64,000 bases of DNA from an uncultured Actinomycetes bacterium (GTDB lineage: Bacteria; Actinomycetota; UBA4738; HRBIN12): positions 774,771 through 838,770 of the forward strand of contig CAVROD010000004.1 in assembly GCA_963722795.1 (NCBI GenBank), written 5' to 3'. Shown here one piece after another: positions 1 to 11,078 of this stretch. The notes beneath the pieces are model-generated. The model was not told where the DNA came from, made no database searches, and worked only from the letters and a program-made list of their open reading frames with translations. The position numbers were made by a program, and so were the translations under genes. The stretch's first letter is position 1. Every line of letters starts with the position of its first letter.

Positions 1-1
1 G

Positions 2-169
2 TTGTCGGTGCGTCAACGCCAGGCGGTCACCCTGCGCGACTGGGCGGGGTTCGACACCGACGAGGTGGCCTCGATGCTCGGCACGAGCGCGAGCACCGTG
101 CGGGTGCACCTTGCGCGCGGGCGCGAGGCGCTGCGGGAGACCCTCGGCGTGAAGGAGCCGGACGCATGA
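2..169 (+). CDS. ECF sigma factor, C-terminal region 4 (5'-truncated by window edge)
   Basis: Manual translation LSVRQRQAVTLRDWAGFDTDEVASMLGTSASTVRVHLARGREALR matches a sigma-70 region 4 HTH; stop overlaps next ATG (ATGA). Confidence 0.85.
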   Translation: MSVRQRQAVTLRDWAGFDTDEVASMLGTSASTVRVHLARGREALRETLGVKEPDA

Positions 170-1701
170 AGACCGACGACCGCGACGAGCGCCTCGGAAA
201 CGTCTTGCAGGACGCGATGCTCGGCGTGGATCTCGGCTCGCCCGACCCGGCGATCGTGATGCGTCGAGGTATGCGTCGCAGAACCGGCTCCGTCATCGCC
301 TCGATCGCCGTTGCGGTTGCGTTCGTGGCGGCGGTCGGTGTCGCCGCGACGCGATTCGGGCAGGACGCCTCTCCTTCGCGCATCAGGGATCCTCAGCCGT
401 CCATGTCGAGCGAGGTACCTGACGGATGGACAGCTGCTGTCGTGGGGCCCGGCCGATTCGCTGCCGAGGTCATTTATCCGGAGCCCTGGGCGCTCCAGCC
501 GATCGAGGGCCTGTCGTTCGATTCGCCAACGCAACCCGTCTTCCGGCTCGCAACGTCGAGTGAGGCCGTGCATGGTGTGGCATGCGGCAGTCTGGAGGTG
601 CTGCCCGGGGTACCAACGATCGCGATCGGCCGGGACCCGCTCGGACCGTACGAGGCGCTGCTGTCCGTGCAGGCATACACGGGAACCGGGTGGGCCGAGC
701 CGGCCCGCGTGCCCCGGTTCGCGCCGCGGCCAGCGTCGCTCAACTGGTCCGATGCGCAAAGGCTTCGGCTCTACAACTGCGTGAGGCCCGCGGAGACGTT
801 CACGTTCTTCATCCGCGATGGGGGACGGTGGATCTTCCATGTTGCCATGGGTTCATCGGTGATGGAATCGGATGTCGGCGATGACCTGCTGACCGTCATG
901 AACACCATCGTCCTCCCGTCGGATCCAACATCGCCGGTCACGTTCCTTCCGTCAGACGGGTGGGCGTCTGATGCGACGAACGCAGGCAACGAGGTCTCGG
1001 CGTGGACGGCGGACGCCGACATGACGGCTGGGGAGGCGACGTTCCCCGATCCGGCCGCTTTGTCGGAGGATGGCATCCTCGTCACGGTGTTCCAGGTGGG
1101 TGACGAGCCCCCCGCTCCGGACAACCCGAACTTCCCGCCGGCGAGCTTGCCGCTCGACCTGCCGGAGGAGATCGAGACCTCGTGGGAGGGGTATACCGAG
1201 GGCAGGTCTCGGAGCACGCTCTTGGTCGCGGTCAACGGCAGGGCGCTCCAGATCCACGTGTACTACGGCACGACCGAACCGAGCGAGGAGATGCTGGTCG
1301 AGGCGGAAGCCGCGCTCGAGCGCCTGATCGTCGAACCCGTGCCAGCGCCGCCCGCGTTGCCGCCGCCGGTGCGTGACGATTATCGGTCGGAGTTCGTGAG
1401 CGACGAGCGGGGCTATCGATTCTGGCCGCGGTCGGCGCCGGTCGAGCCCGATGTCGTCTATCGGTTCGAGGTGCCACATTGCGGACTGGGACTGGCTCGT
1501 CGACTTCGATGGCAGCTTCTGGGAGGGCACGGCGATCGTCGACGGCTCGGGCTGGGTGCCGGCCGACGACATCCCCGACGGCGACATCGGCACGATCGAA
1601 GCTGATCAGGAGCCGACTGGGCTGAGTACAGATCCTCCGACGGCAGTTGGACGCTGCTATCCCGGGTGGAAGGGCCAGTCGTTCGGCAGCCCTGCGAGTG
1701 A
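166..1701 (+). CDS. Putative membrane-anchored anti-sigma factor with large extracytoplasmic region (frameshifts near 1490 and 1600)
   Basis: Coupled to ECF sigma; short N-terminus, RRR-TM helix; C-terminus HCGL/DWLVDFDGSFW...VRQPCE reconstructed across frames. Confidence 0.65.
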
Positions 1702-1775
1702 GCTTCCGCGGAAGCGTCGCGGCCTCGCCGTAGACTGGCGGCTCCGAACCGCATCGACCTGGCCGGAGGCATGCC

Positions 1776-4484
1776 GTGACCAAGTACGTCTACGACTTCT
1801 CCGAAGGCAACAAGGACATGAAGGACCTGCTCGGCGGCAAGGGCGCCAACCTCGCCGAGATGACGAACATGGGGCTGCCCGATCCCGCCCGGGTTCACGA
1901 TCACGACCGAGGCGTGCCTCACCTTCCTCGCGCAGGGCGGCGCGCCGCCCGAGATGCTCGAGGAGGCCGGCGAGCACCTGCGGCACGCTCGAGGCCACGA
2001 TGGGCAGGCGGCTCGGCGACCCGGCCGACCCGCTGCTCGTGAGCGTGCGCTCGGGCGCCAAGTTCTCGATGCCCGGCATGATGGACACGGTCCTCAACCT
2101 CGGGCTCAACGACGAGTCGGTGAAGGGGCTCGCGGAGCAGACGGGCGGCGACACGCGGTTCGCCAACGACGCCTACCGCCGCTTCATCCAGATGTTCGGC
2201 AAGATCGTGATGGACGTGCCGGCCGACGCGTTCGAGCACGCGCTCGACGAGGCCAAGGAGCGCAAGGGCCCGAACGCGCAGGACACCGACCTCGACGCCG
2301 ACGACCTGGCCGAGCTGATCGAGCGGTTCCGCGCGATCTACCGCGAGCACACCGGCGACGACTTCCCGCAGGACCCCAACGAGCAGCTGCGCCTGGCGAT
2401 CGAGGCCGTGTTCTCGAGTCGTGGAACGGGCGAGCGGGCCATCGACTACCGGCGGCAGAACAAGATCAGCGACGACCTCGGCACCGCGGTGAACGTGCAG
2501 TCGATGGTGTTCGGCAACCGCGGCGATGACTCCGGCACCGGCGTCGCGTTCACGCGCGACCCGTCGCACCGGCGAGCAGGTGCCCTACGGCGACTACCTC
2601 GCGAACGCGCAGGGCGAGGACGTCGTGGCCGGCATCCGCAACACGCTGCCGCTCGCCGAGCTCGAGCAGGTCGACCCCGATTCCTACTCGGAGCTCCGCG
2701 AGGTGATGGACACGCTCGAGCAGCACTACCGCGACATGTGCGACATCGAGTTCACGATCGAGCAGGGCCGGCTGTTCGATCCTGCAGACGCGGGTCGGCA
2801 AGCGCACCGCGTTCGGCGAATGGGTCATGGCCCACGACATGCTGGACGAGGGTCTGATCGACGAGGGCGAGGCGCTGCTGCGCGTCGACGCGAACCGGCT
2901 CGAGGAGCTGTTCAAGCGCCGGGTCGACGCGACCGGCGGCCGACGCCCGATCGCGACCGGGCTCAACGCGTCGCCGGGCGCGGCGACCGGCACGGTGGTG
3001 TTCACCGCCGACGAGGCCGCAGGCGCGCGGACGCGCGGGCGAGCGGGTCATCCTGGTGCGGCGCGAGACGACGCCCGACGACTACCACGGCATGATCGCC
3101 GCCCAGGGCATCCTGACGAGCGCCGGCGGCACGAACTCCCACGCCGCCGTCGTCGCCCGCGGCGAGGGCATCCCGGCGGTGTGCGGCGCCGACGCGATCA
3201 AGCTGCACGTCGCCGACGGCCACTTCGTCGCCAGCGGCACGACCGTGCGCGAGGGCGACATCGATCACGATCGACGGCTTCACGCGGCAACGTCTACGTC
3301 GGCGAGCTGCCGCTCGAGGAGTCGGTGCTGGAGAAGGCGCGGCAGGGCGACGCCGCGGCCCGGCAGGAGAAGATCTGGCAGGCGTTCGAGCGGCTGATGG
3401 CGGTCGCCGACGAGCGGCGACGCCTGCGGGTGCGCGCCAACGCCGACACCCCCGACCAGTCCACGAACGCCCGCGAGCGCGGCGCCGAGGGGATCGGGCT
3501 GTGCCGCACCGAGCACATGTTCCTCGGCGAGGAGCGCGTGCTCGCCGTGCGCCAGATGATCTTCGCCGAGACCGCCGAGGAGGAGCAGGCGGCCTACGAC
3601 GCGCTGCTGCCGCTGCAGCGCGAGCGACTTCGTCGGCATCTTCACCGCGATGAGCGGGCTGCCGGTCACGGTGCGCCTGCTCGACCCGCCGCTGCACGAG
3701 TTCCTGCCCGACCAGGTCGAGCTCGCGGTCGAGGTCGCGCTCGGCGAAGCGAACGGCGCCGACGTCACCGAGCAGGAGACCGTGCTGCAGAAGGTGAACG
3801 AGCTGCACGAGGCGAACCCGATGCTCGGCCTGCGCGGGGTGCGGCTGGGCATCGTGAAGCCGGGGCTCTACGCGATGCAGGTGCGCGCGATCGTCGAGGC
3901 GGCGGTCGAGGTGAAGAAGGCCGGCGACGACCCGAAGGTCGAGATCATGATCCCGCTCGTCGCGACCGCGCCCGAGCTCGCCCAGATGCGCGCCGAGCTC
4001 GAGCCCGTGGCCGACCGAGATCCTCGAGCGCGAGGGCGTCACGCTCGACCACCTGGAGTGGGGCACGATGATCGAGCTGCCGCGGGCCGCCGTGACCGCC
4101 GACGAGATCGCCGAGACGGCGGAGTTCTTCTCGTTCGGCACGAACGACCTCACGCAGACGGCGTTCGGGTTCAGCCGCGACGACATCGGCAAGTTCGTGG
4201 GGATGTACGAGGAGCGCAAGCTCGTGCCGGCGAACCCGTTCGTCACGATCGACCGACCGGGCGTGGGCTGGCTGATGCGGATCGGCCGTCGACCGGGCCG
4301 GCGCGGCGAACCCCGCGATCTGCACCTCGGCATCTGCGGCGAGCACGGCGGCGACCCGGCGAGCGTGGTGTTCTGCCACGAGATCGGGCTCGACTACGTG
4401 AGCTGCTCGCCGTTCCGGGTCGAGACCGCGCGGCTCGCCGCCGGCCAGGCCGCGGTGGGGGAAGTCGAGGTCGCCTCGAGGTAG
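1776..4484 (+). CDS. ppdK: Pyruvate, phosphate dikinase (multiple frameshifts, probably sequence errors)
   Basis: [89 protein letters not shown] across successive frames. Confidence 0.95.
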
Positions 4485-4488
4485 CCCG

Positions 4489-4509
4489 GATCCCCGCGAG
4501 CGCGGGATG
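4489..4509 (+). terminator. GC-rich hairpin after ppdK
   Basis: atccccgcg-ag-cgcgggat inverted repeat just after the stop. Confidence 0.35.
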
Positions 4510-4581
4510 CACGTTTCCCGCAGGCGGGGTACAAAGGATCGTTGCTCGAGAGGCTGCCCGCATGGCTGAGAGGAGGACCAG

Positions 4582-5955
4582 GTGGGGATGCCGGACATCG
4601 ACGGCTTGAGGGAACAGGTCCGGGGCGAGATCGTGACCGCCGCCGACGAGGGCTACGACGACGCCAGAACCGTCTACAACGCGATGATCGACCGACGTCC
4701 GTTGCTCGTCGCGCGCTGCCGCAGTGCCGCCGACGTGATGGCCTGCGTGCGCTTCGCGGCCGGATACGGCCTCGACGTGGCGGTCAGGGGCGGCGGCCAC
4801 AGCGTGCCGGGTTTCGGCACCTGCGACGATGGCGTCGTGATCGACCTCTCGGGCATGCGAGGCGTGCGGGTGGATCCAGACGCCATGACCGCCCGGGCCG
4901 AGGGCGGCGCCACGTGGGGTGACTTCAACCACGCCACGCACGCGTTCGGGCTCGCGACCACGGGCGGCATCATCTCCACCACCGGAGTGGGCGGGCTCAC
5001 CCTCGGCGGAGGGATCGGCTATCTGGCCCGTGGTCACGGGCTCTCCTTGGACAACCTGGTCTCGGCCGACGTCGTCACCGCTGACGGCCAGTCGGTGGTC
5101 ACGAGCGAGCGCGAGCATGCCGACCTCTTCTGGGCGATCCGCGGTGGTGGCGGCAACTTCGGGGTCGTGACGTCGTTGGAGTTCGCGCTGCACCCGTTGG
5201 ATCTGATCTATGGCGGCCCGATGTTCTTCGAGCTGGAGCACGCCGGCGACGTGCTGCGCTGGTACCGCGACACCATCGGCGAGTCGCCGCGAGCGTTCGG
5301 CGGCTTCCCCGCCTTCCAGATCGCCCCGCCGCTGCCGTTCATCCCCGAAGATCGTCACGGCGAGCCGTTCCTGGCCTTCGTGGCATGTTGGGCCGGGCCC
5401 GTCGACGAGGGGGAGAACGCGCTGAAGACGCTTCGCGATGTGGCCCCCGTCGTCGCCGAGCATGTGGGGCCGATGCCCTATCCGGCGCTGAACGCGGCGT
5501 TCGACGGCCTCGTGCCTGCGGGCCTGCAGCACTACTGGAAGGCGAACTTCGCGAAGGAGCTGACCGACGAGGCGATCGTGGCCCATCTCGAGCACGGTCC
5601 GAAGCTTCCCGTCGTGAACTCCACGGTGCACATCTACCCGATCGACGGTGCCTGCCACGACGTGGCGTCCGATGCGACGGCGTTCGGGCACCGCGACGCG
5701 AACTTCGCCACGGTGATCGCGGGCATGTGGCCCGACCCGGCCGACAACGACGCCAACGTGCGGTGGGTACGCGAGTACTCCGACGCCGTCACGCCGCACT
5801 CGGAGGCCGGCGGCTACATCAACTTCATGGCCGAGGACGATCAGGTTCGCGTACGCGCGAACTACGGGGCGAACTACGACCGGCTGTCGGCCGTGAAGGG
5901 CGCATACGATCCGGGCAACCTCTTCCATCTGAACCAGAACATCGAACCCGCCTGA
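4582..5955 (+). CDS. FAD-binding oxidoreductase (berberine-bridge/VAO family)
   Basis: VRGGGHS, GLTLGGG.G, LFWAIRGGGGNFGVVT, Y.NF, K.AYDP.NLF. Confidence 0.93.
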   Translation: MGMPDIDGLREQVRGEIVTAADEGYDDARTVYNAMIDRRPLLVARCRSAADVMACVRFAAGYGLDVAVRGGGHSVPGFGTCDDGVVIDLSGMRGVRVDPDAMTARAEGGATWGDFNHATHAFGLATTGGIISTTGVGGLTLGGGIGYLARGHGLSLDNLVSADVVTADGQSVVTSEREHADLFWAIRGGGGNFGVVTSLEFALHPLDLIYGGPMFFELEHAGDVLRWYRDTIGESPRAFGGFPAFQIAPPLPFIPEDRHGEPFLAFVACWAGPVDEGENALKTLRDVAPVVAEHVGPMPYPALNAAFDGLVPAGLQHYWKANFAKELTDEAIVAHLEHGPKLPVVNSTVHIYPIDGACHDVASDATAFGHRDANFATVIAGMWPDPADNDANVRWVREYSDAVTPHSEAGGYINFMAEDDQVRVRANYGANYDRLSAVKGAYDPGNLFHLNQNIEPA

Positions 5956-6063
5956 GCGGGCCTGCTGGATCGGCCAGGATCGTGATGGCGGTCACCGACC
6001 GCGGGCGGCTCGCGGCGTAGTCTCGGTCGTCCTCCCACCTCCCCCCCGCAGGAGGTGGTGCTC

Positions 6064-6681
6064 ATGTTCGGCCTTCCGGCCCGCTCGCGGGCCACGTCCC
6101 TCACAGCCGCGCTCGTGATCGCCGCGAGCCTGTTCGCCGGGTCGTCGGCGCTCGCGGGTCACATGTCCGAGTGGAACCACGACCATTCCCGCGACGGCGT
6201 GCCGCCGCGCCCGAGTGGACTGTGGGAACTCAACGACGTGTTCGGCGAGCGGTGCAGCAATCGCGCCAACAACGCCCGGTCGTGGTGGCCCCACGCCGAC
6301 ACCGACCCCTTCGGCGCGGGCAGCTACGTGGAGTACCACTCCTACCTGGCGCGCAACATCGGGTTCAACGTGCGCAACCACATCAACGCCGCCCACCGCG
6401 ACGGTGCGCTGTATCCCGGCATCGGCGCCTACAACTGCCGGCTGATCGACGGCTCGACATACTGGTCGGTGCACTCCTGGGGCGCGGCCGTCGACACCAA
6501 CTGGCAGCGCAACTTCCGCTACCAGAACTACTGGAACGGACGTGGCTTCGACGGCGAGAACCACGGCACGTACATCCCCGACGTCTGGCGAGGGAGCTTC
6601 CCCGGTCACCGCTTCTTCTGGGGACTCAACTGGGACTCCGCGCCCGACCCCATGCACTTCCAGTACGTCACCAACTACTGA
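6064..6681 (+). CDS. Secreted M15-family zinc metallopeptidase (peptidoglycan peptidase)
   Basis: Signal peptide; YNCR, SVHSWGAAVD (SxHxxGxAxD), DPMHFQ. Confidence 0.85.
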   Translation: MFGLPARSRATSLTAALVIAASLFAGSSALAGHMSEWNHDHSRDGVPPRPSGLWELNDVFGERCSNRANNARSWWPHADTDPFGAGSYVEYHSYLARNIGFNVRNHINAAHRDGALYPGIGAYNCRLIDGSTYWSVHSWGAAVDTNWQRNFRYQNYWNGRGFDGENHGTYIPDVWRGSFPGHRFFWGLNWDSAPDPMHFQYVTNY

Positions 6682-6716
6682 TCGCAACCCGTGTCCGCGT
6701 TCCGAGGAGGTACACC

Positions 6717-8024
6717 ATGATGAGGAAGTTCGTGATCGGCCTGCTCGCGGTCACGTCGGCGGCTGCTGGGGTCGTGAGCGGCCAGGCGGGCGGGTCGCCC
6801 GTCGACACGGTGCGCGCCGCGAAGGGGGTCGGGTGCCCGGCCATGGCGGCGTTCCCGCACGACGACGGCGGTGAGGCGCTCGCCGCCGGCCGCGGTCTCT
6901 GGGCGGTCGCCGGGGGCCGGCTGGTCTCGGCCGGGGCCGCTCGGTCGCTTCCCGCGTCGGTGCCCGGGGGCGCCGTCAGGCACGTCGCTGCCTCGCCCCG
7001 GTTCGGCACGGCCTACGTGGTCGATCTCGCGGGCCCCGACGAGGTCGTCGTCGTCACGCAGTCGGGTACGCGACGCCTGCGGGAGCCGACCGAAGTGACG
7101 CATCCGGCGTGGGCGCCCTCGGGCGACCTGGCGTGGGCGACCGGTGACGGCATCGCCGTGCTGCGTCATCGCACCGGGCGCATCATGCGACTCGATGGAC
7201 CGCCGCGGGCCGGCATCGTGTTCTCCCCGGCCTTCCTGTCGCCCGATCGGCTCATCACTGTGGCCTCGGCTCCGCCGACGCGCCAGGTGCCCGAGGGTGC
7301 GACCCTCGACCAACTGTGGGTCACGCGGCTGGGCGCCGGTCGGTGGCACCGTGTCACCGCATTCCGTGCCACCGACGATCGGTGGTCGACGATCCGCACG
7401 CCGATCCGGTTCGGCGGGGGCGTGCGGTTCGTGCGGGTCGCCGGGCGGGCGTCGGCCACGCGCGAGCCCCGGTTCGAGCTGTGGCGCTACGACCACGGCC
7501 GGGCGGCTCGGGTCTCGCGGCTGCCCGGCGAGCGCTACCTCGCGGGGTCGCGTGCCGGCCGTCTCGTGTGGAACGTGCCAGACACGGCGGCCGGCCGGCT
7601 GACCCTTGCCGTCGAGGCAGCCCGGGGACGCCTGCGTACGATCGGATGTGGCGCGGTCATGGCCGATCCGCTCGACGCGATCGACCCCGACCGCCGCCCG
7701 GGGCAGGGCACCCACGTGCCGCCTCGGGGCGACTGGCCCGAGCTCGATGCCCCCTCGCGGGACCGCGTCGAGCAGATCGCGGTGATCGTGGGCGATTTCG
7801 CGACGGCCGCCGAAGCAGAGGTGGTCGCCTCCGACATCCGTGCGGCCTATCCCGGCGCCCGCGTCGAGGTGGTCGACTCGGCGACGGCGCCGCTCGCGAT
7901 CGAGCCGGGTGTCTTCGGTGCCCTGCTGCACCTGGCCCCAGACGCCGATGCGACCGCGGCGCTGTCCGCGTTCCGCGACCGGCTGCCCCGGTACGCGCCA
8001 CAGAGTTGGATCGTGACGCCGTGA
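6717..8024 (+). CDS. Secreted protein, beta-propeller-like N-part and SPOR-like C-terminal domain
   Basis: GGAGG RBS, signal peptide, PAWAPSG/SPAFLSPD blades, C-terminal VIVGDFATAAEAE. Confidence 0.55.
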   Translation: MMRKFVIGLLAVTSAAAGVVSGQAGGSPVDTVRAAKGVGCPAMAAFPHDDGGEALAAGRGLWAVAGGRLVSAGAARSLPASVPGGAVRHVAASPRFGTAYVVDLAGPDEVVVVTQSGTRRLREPTEVTHPAWAPSGDLAWATGDGIAVLRHRTGRIMRLDGPPRAGIVFSPAFLSPDRLITVASAPPTRQVPEGATLDQLWVTRLGAGRWHRVTAFRATDDRWSTIRTPIRFGGGVRFVRVAGRASATREPRFELWRYDHGRAARVSRLPGERYLAGSRAGRLVWNVPDTAAGRLTLAVEAARGRLRTIGCGAVMADPLDAIDPDRRPGQGTHVPPRGDWPELDAPSRDRVEQIAVIVGDFATAAEAEVVASDIRAAYPGARVEVVDSATAPLAIEPGVFGALLHLAPDADATAALSAFRDRLPRYAPQSWIVTP

Positions 8025-8389
8025 GGCCCCGCGCGACGATGGTGGCGTTGTCCCTGGCGGTCGCCCTGGCGGCCTGCAGCGGTCGGGGCGGTGGGGGTGA
8101 CCCCACCGCCTCGGCCCCGACCTCCGACGGAGTGCGGTGGCTGGCGGCCGTCGAGGTGGCGGCACGGGCCGACGACCTCGATGCCGCGACCCAGCGGTTG
8201 CGCGAGCCCTTGGGGGAGGCGCTCGTCGTCTCGCCGGTCGACTGCTTCGAGGGCTTGCCCGATGACGCCGGACAGGGGTACGTCATCGGCGCTCTCTCGC
8301 CCTCGAAGGAAGACGCCGAGCGACTCGTGGCCGAGGCGGGCGAGGCCGTGTTGTTCAGCGCTTCCGTGACGATCGTGTGTCCCGACTGA
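8021..8389 (+). CDS. Small lipoprotein
   Basis: GTG overlapping previous stop; LAAC lipobox. Confidence 0.65.
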   Translation: MRPRATMVALSLAVALAACSGRGGGGDPTASAPTSDGVRWLAAVEVAARADDLDAATQRLREPLGEALVVSPVDCFEGLPDDAGQGYVIGALSPSKEDAERLVAEAGEAVLFSASVTIVCPD

Positions 8390-8420
8390 TCGCGTGCGGG
8401 AGCATTGCTAGCCTGGGCCG

Positions 8421-9029
8421 GTGCGCCTCATCCGCAGGCACCCCATCGTGCTCGCCATCGCCCTGCTGCTGGTCGCGACGGTCGGGGCGGTCGCGTTCAG
8501 CGCCGTCACGGTGTGGCGCGCAGCCCACCACGACGACGCCAGCGAACTCGACCGCGCCGACGCCATCGTGGTGCTCGGCGCGGCGCAGTACGACGGCGTG
8601 CCTTCGCCCGTCTTCGAAGCGCGCCTCGACCACGCGGCTCTGCTCTTCGGGCAGGATCGCGCGGGCGTCGTCTTCGTGCTGGGTGCCAACCAGCCCGGCG
8701 ACCGCACCACCGAGGCCGAATCCGGCCGCGAGTACCTGATCGCCCAGGGCCTTCCTTCGACGTCGGTGGTCGCCATCCCCCTCGGCCACACGTCGTACAC
8801 GAGCCTGCGGGCCGCCGCCGCTGAGATGCGCGCGCAGCAGCTCACGAGCGCCTTCCTCGTCTCCGACCCGTGGCACAACGCGCGCATCGAGCGGATGGCG
8901 GGCGACCTCGGCATCGACGGCCATGCCTCGGCCACGTGGACCTCGGCCGCCCGCACCGAGGAAACCCGCGTGCCCGGCTACGTCCGCGAGACCTTCGCCT
9001 ACCTGTACTACCGCCTCACCGGCCGCTAG
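8421..9029 (+). CDS. YdcF/DUF218 (SanA/ElyC-like) protein
   Basis: N-terminal TM, DAIVVLGAA, RLDHA, TEA, VSDPWH..R, RE. Confidence 0.88.
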   Translation: MRLIRRHPIVLAIALLLVATVGAVAFSAVTVWRAAHHDDASELDRADAIVVLGAAQYDGVPSPVFEARLDHAALLFGQDRAGVVFVLGANQPGDRTTEAESGREYLIAQGLPSTSVVAIPLGHTSYTSLRAAAAEMRAQQLTSAFLVSDPWHNARIERMAGDLGIDGHASATWTSAARTEETRVPGYVRETFAYLYYRLTGR

Positions 9030-9084
9030 GGCATTGCCTCACAAGGGGACTCATGTCGCGGGCTCGGCTGCCGATGACCCGTAC

Positions 9085-9954
9085 ATGCTCGAGGAGTTCA
9101 TGACCCAGTTCGAGTACCAGCTCCAGGTGGCGCTGATGGTGCTCATCGCGGTGATGGCGGCGCTCACATGGCGGGCCCACCGGCAGATCTCGAAGCTCTC
9201 CGGCATGTCCAGGGAGATGCGGGAGTCGATGCAGAAGCTCGAGCACACGACCGAGGTGGTCTCGAAGATCGCCACGGCAGCTCAGTCGATGCAGGGCTCG
9301 CTGCAGCGCCTCGAGAACACCACGAACGACGTGGAGAAGCTGGCGAGCACCTCGTCGGCCATGGCCGAGACCCTGTCGCGGCTCGAGGCCGCCACCGACG
9401 AGATCACCCAACGCACCTCGGAGACCGAGGAAACCCTGCGCTCCAACCTCGAGGAGTACCGCATGGCGCAGGGCAGCACGAACGCATACCGAGAGTACTT
9501 GCAGCGCATGGGCCTGGCGCCCGCGAGCGATGTCGAGCCCATCCTCGAGGCCATCGGCGACGGCGCCGAGGCGGTCAGCACCGAGGGCAAGGTGCTGTAC
9601 GCGAACCGCGCCTTCGCCGACCTCACCTCGATCCAACCCGGCGCGACGCTCGAGGAGATCCTCTACCGGTGCCGCATCCGCACGTTCGGGGGCGACGAGA
9701 TGGAGATCGACGACCTGCCGGAATCGCGCGTGCTCTCCGGCGAGACCATCAATTCCGAGCTGGTGCGCATGCGACCCCCCGGACGCGACAGCGACGTGAT
9801 CCTGTCGATCAACGGCCAACCGGCGCGCGACCCGTCCGGCAAGGTCGTGGCCGCCGTGATGCTCGCTCGCCCCATCAGTGAGGAAGTCGCGATGGCGATC
9901 GAGGTCCGCCGCATCTCCGAGGATCGCTCCGACTCCGCCCACGGCGCTCGCTGA
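9085..9954 (+). CDS. Membrane protein with coiled-coil repeats and C-terminal PAS domain
   Basis: TM (VALMVLIAVMAALTW), helical repeats, ILEAIGDG...G.VLYAN.AF...P.RD.SGKVVAAV. Confidence 0.7.
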   Translation: MLEEFMTQFEYQLQVALMVLIAVMAALTWRAHRQISKLSGMSREMRESMQKLEHTTEVVSKIATAAQSMQGSLQRLENTTNDVEKLASTSSAMAETLSRLEAATDEITQRTSETEETLRSNLEEYRMAQGSTNAYREYLQRMGLAPASDVEPILEAIGDGAEAVSTEGKVLYANRAFADLTSIQPGATLEEILYRCRIRTFGGDEMEIDDLPESRVLSGETINSELVRMRPPGRDSDVILSINGQPARDPSGKVVAAVMLARPISEEVAMAIEVRRISEDRSDSAHGAR

Positions 9955-10014
9955 CGTTCGCCGGCCGTCGGCCGACCGAGCGGGCCCGTCGGCCCCCGCG
10001 GCTACCATGGACGG

Positions 10015-11037
10015 GTGAACGGCGCGTCCACCCCCCGAGAGCGAACCGAGCAGCTCGAACGCGAGGTGTTGTCACCCCGCGCGGTGTTGGCCGCCGAGAC
10101 CAAGGGCCGAGACCGCGACGAGCCCCACGACCGCATCCGCACCGTCTTCCAGCGTGATCGCGACCGCATCTTGCACGCCAAGGCGTTCCGGCGGCTGCGG
10201 CACAAGACCCAGGTGTTCCTGGCGCCCCAGGGCGACCACTACCGTGTGCGGCTCACCCATACGCTCGATGTCGCGCAGATCGCCCGCACGTGCGCGCGCG
10301 CCCTGCGCCTCAACGAGGACCTCACCGAGGCCATCGCCCTCGGCCACGACCTGGGCCACACGCCCTTCGGCCACCTCGGCGAGCAAGCGCTCACCCCCTT
10401 CCTCGGGCGGCCGTTCCGCCACAACGAGCAGTCGCTGCGCATCGTCGAGCACCTCGAGAACGACGGCGCCGGGCTCAACCTCACGTGGGAGGTGCGCGAC
10501 GGCATCGTGCACCACCCGTGGTCCACGCCGATGCCGGCGACCCTCGAGGCCCAGCTCGTGCGCTTCGCCGACCGCATCGCCTACATCAACCACGACATCG
10601 ACGACGCGGTGCGCGCCGGGGTGCTCGAGGAGCGTGAGCTCCCCGCCGACGCGATGCGCACGCTCGGGGCGTCGCACTCCGATCGCATCGACACGCTCGT
10701 GAGCGATCTCGTCGAGCGCAGCGACGACCGCGACGAGATCGCCCTGTCGCCGCCGGTGTTCGGGGCTCTCGACACCCTGCGTGACTTCATGTTCAGCGAG
10801 GTGTACCTGCGCGAGAGCGCCCGCGACGACCACGACCGGGCCACGAAGCTGATCCGTGACCTCTTCGCCTACTTCCTCGAGCATCCCGACGAGATGCCGC
10901 GGGAGTACCATGGGTCACCGGGTGACCCCCCGACCCACGTGGCCGATTTCATCTCCGGCATGACCGACCGATACGCGATCCGCACGTACGAGCGGCTCTT
11001 CCTTCCCCGGGGCTGGCTGTTGGACCGGGACCTGTAG
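10015..11037 (+). CDS. dgt: Deoxyguanosinetriphosphate triphosphohydrolase
   Basis: FQRDRDRILH.KAFRRL.HKTQVF, RLTH, HDLGH.PFGH.GE, D.IAY..HD.DD, DFISGMTD. Confidence 0.95.
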   Translation: MNGASTPRERTEQLEREVLSPRAVLAAETKGRDRDEPHDRIRTVFQRDRDRILHAKAFRRLRHKTQVFLAPQGDHYRVRLTHTLDVAQIARTCARALRLNEDLTEAIALGHDLGHTPFGHLGEQALTPFLGRPFRHNEQSLRIVEHLENDGAGLNLTWEVRDGIVHHPWSTPMPATLEAQLVRFADRIAYINHDIDDAVRAGVLEERELPADAMRTLGASHSDRIDTLVSDLVERSDDRDEIALSPPVFGALDTLRDFMFSEVYLRESARDDHDRATKLIRDLFAYFLEHPDEMPREYHGSPGDPPTHVADFISGMTDRYAIRTYERLFLPRGWLLDRDL

Positions 11038-11078
11038 TGCGCTGGGCCTGACGAGGCCGGGAAGGAGCCGTTGCACCG

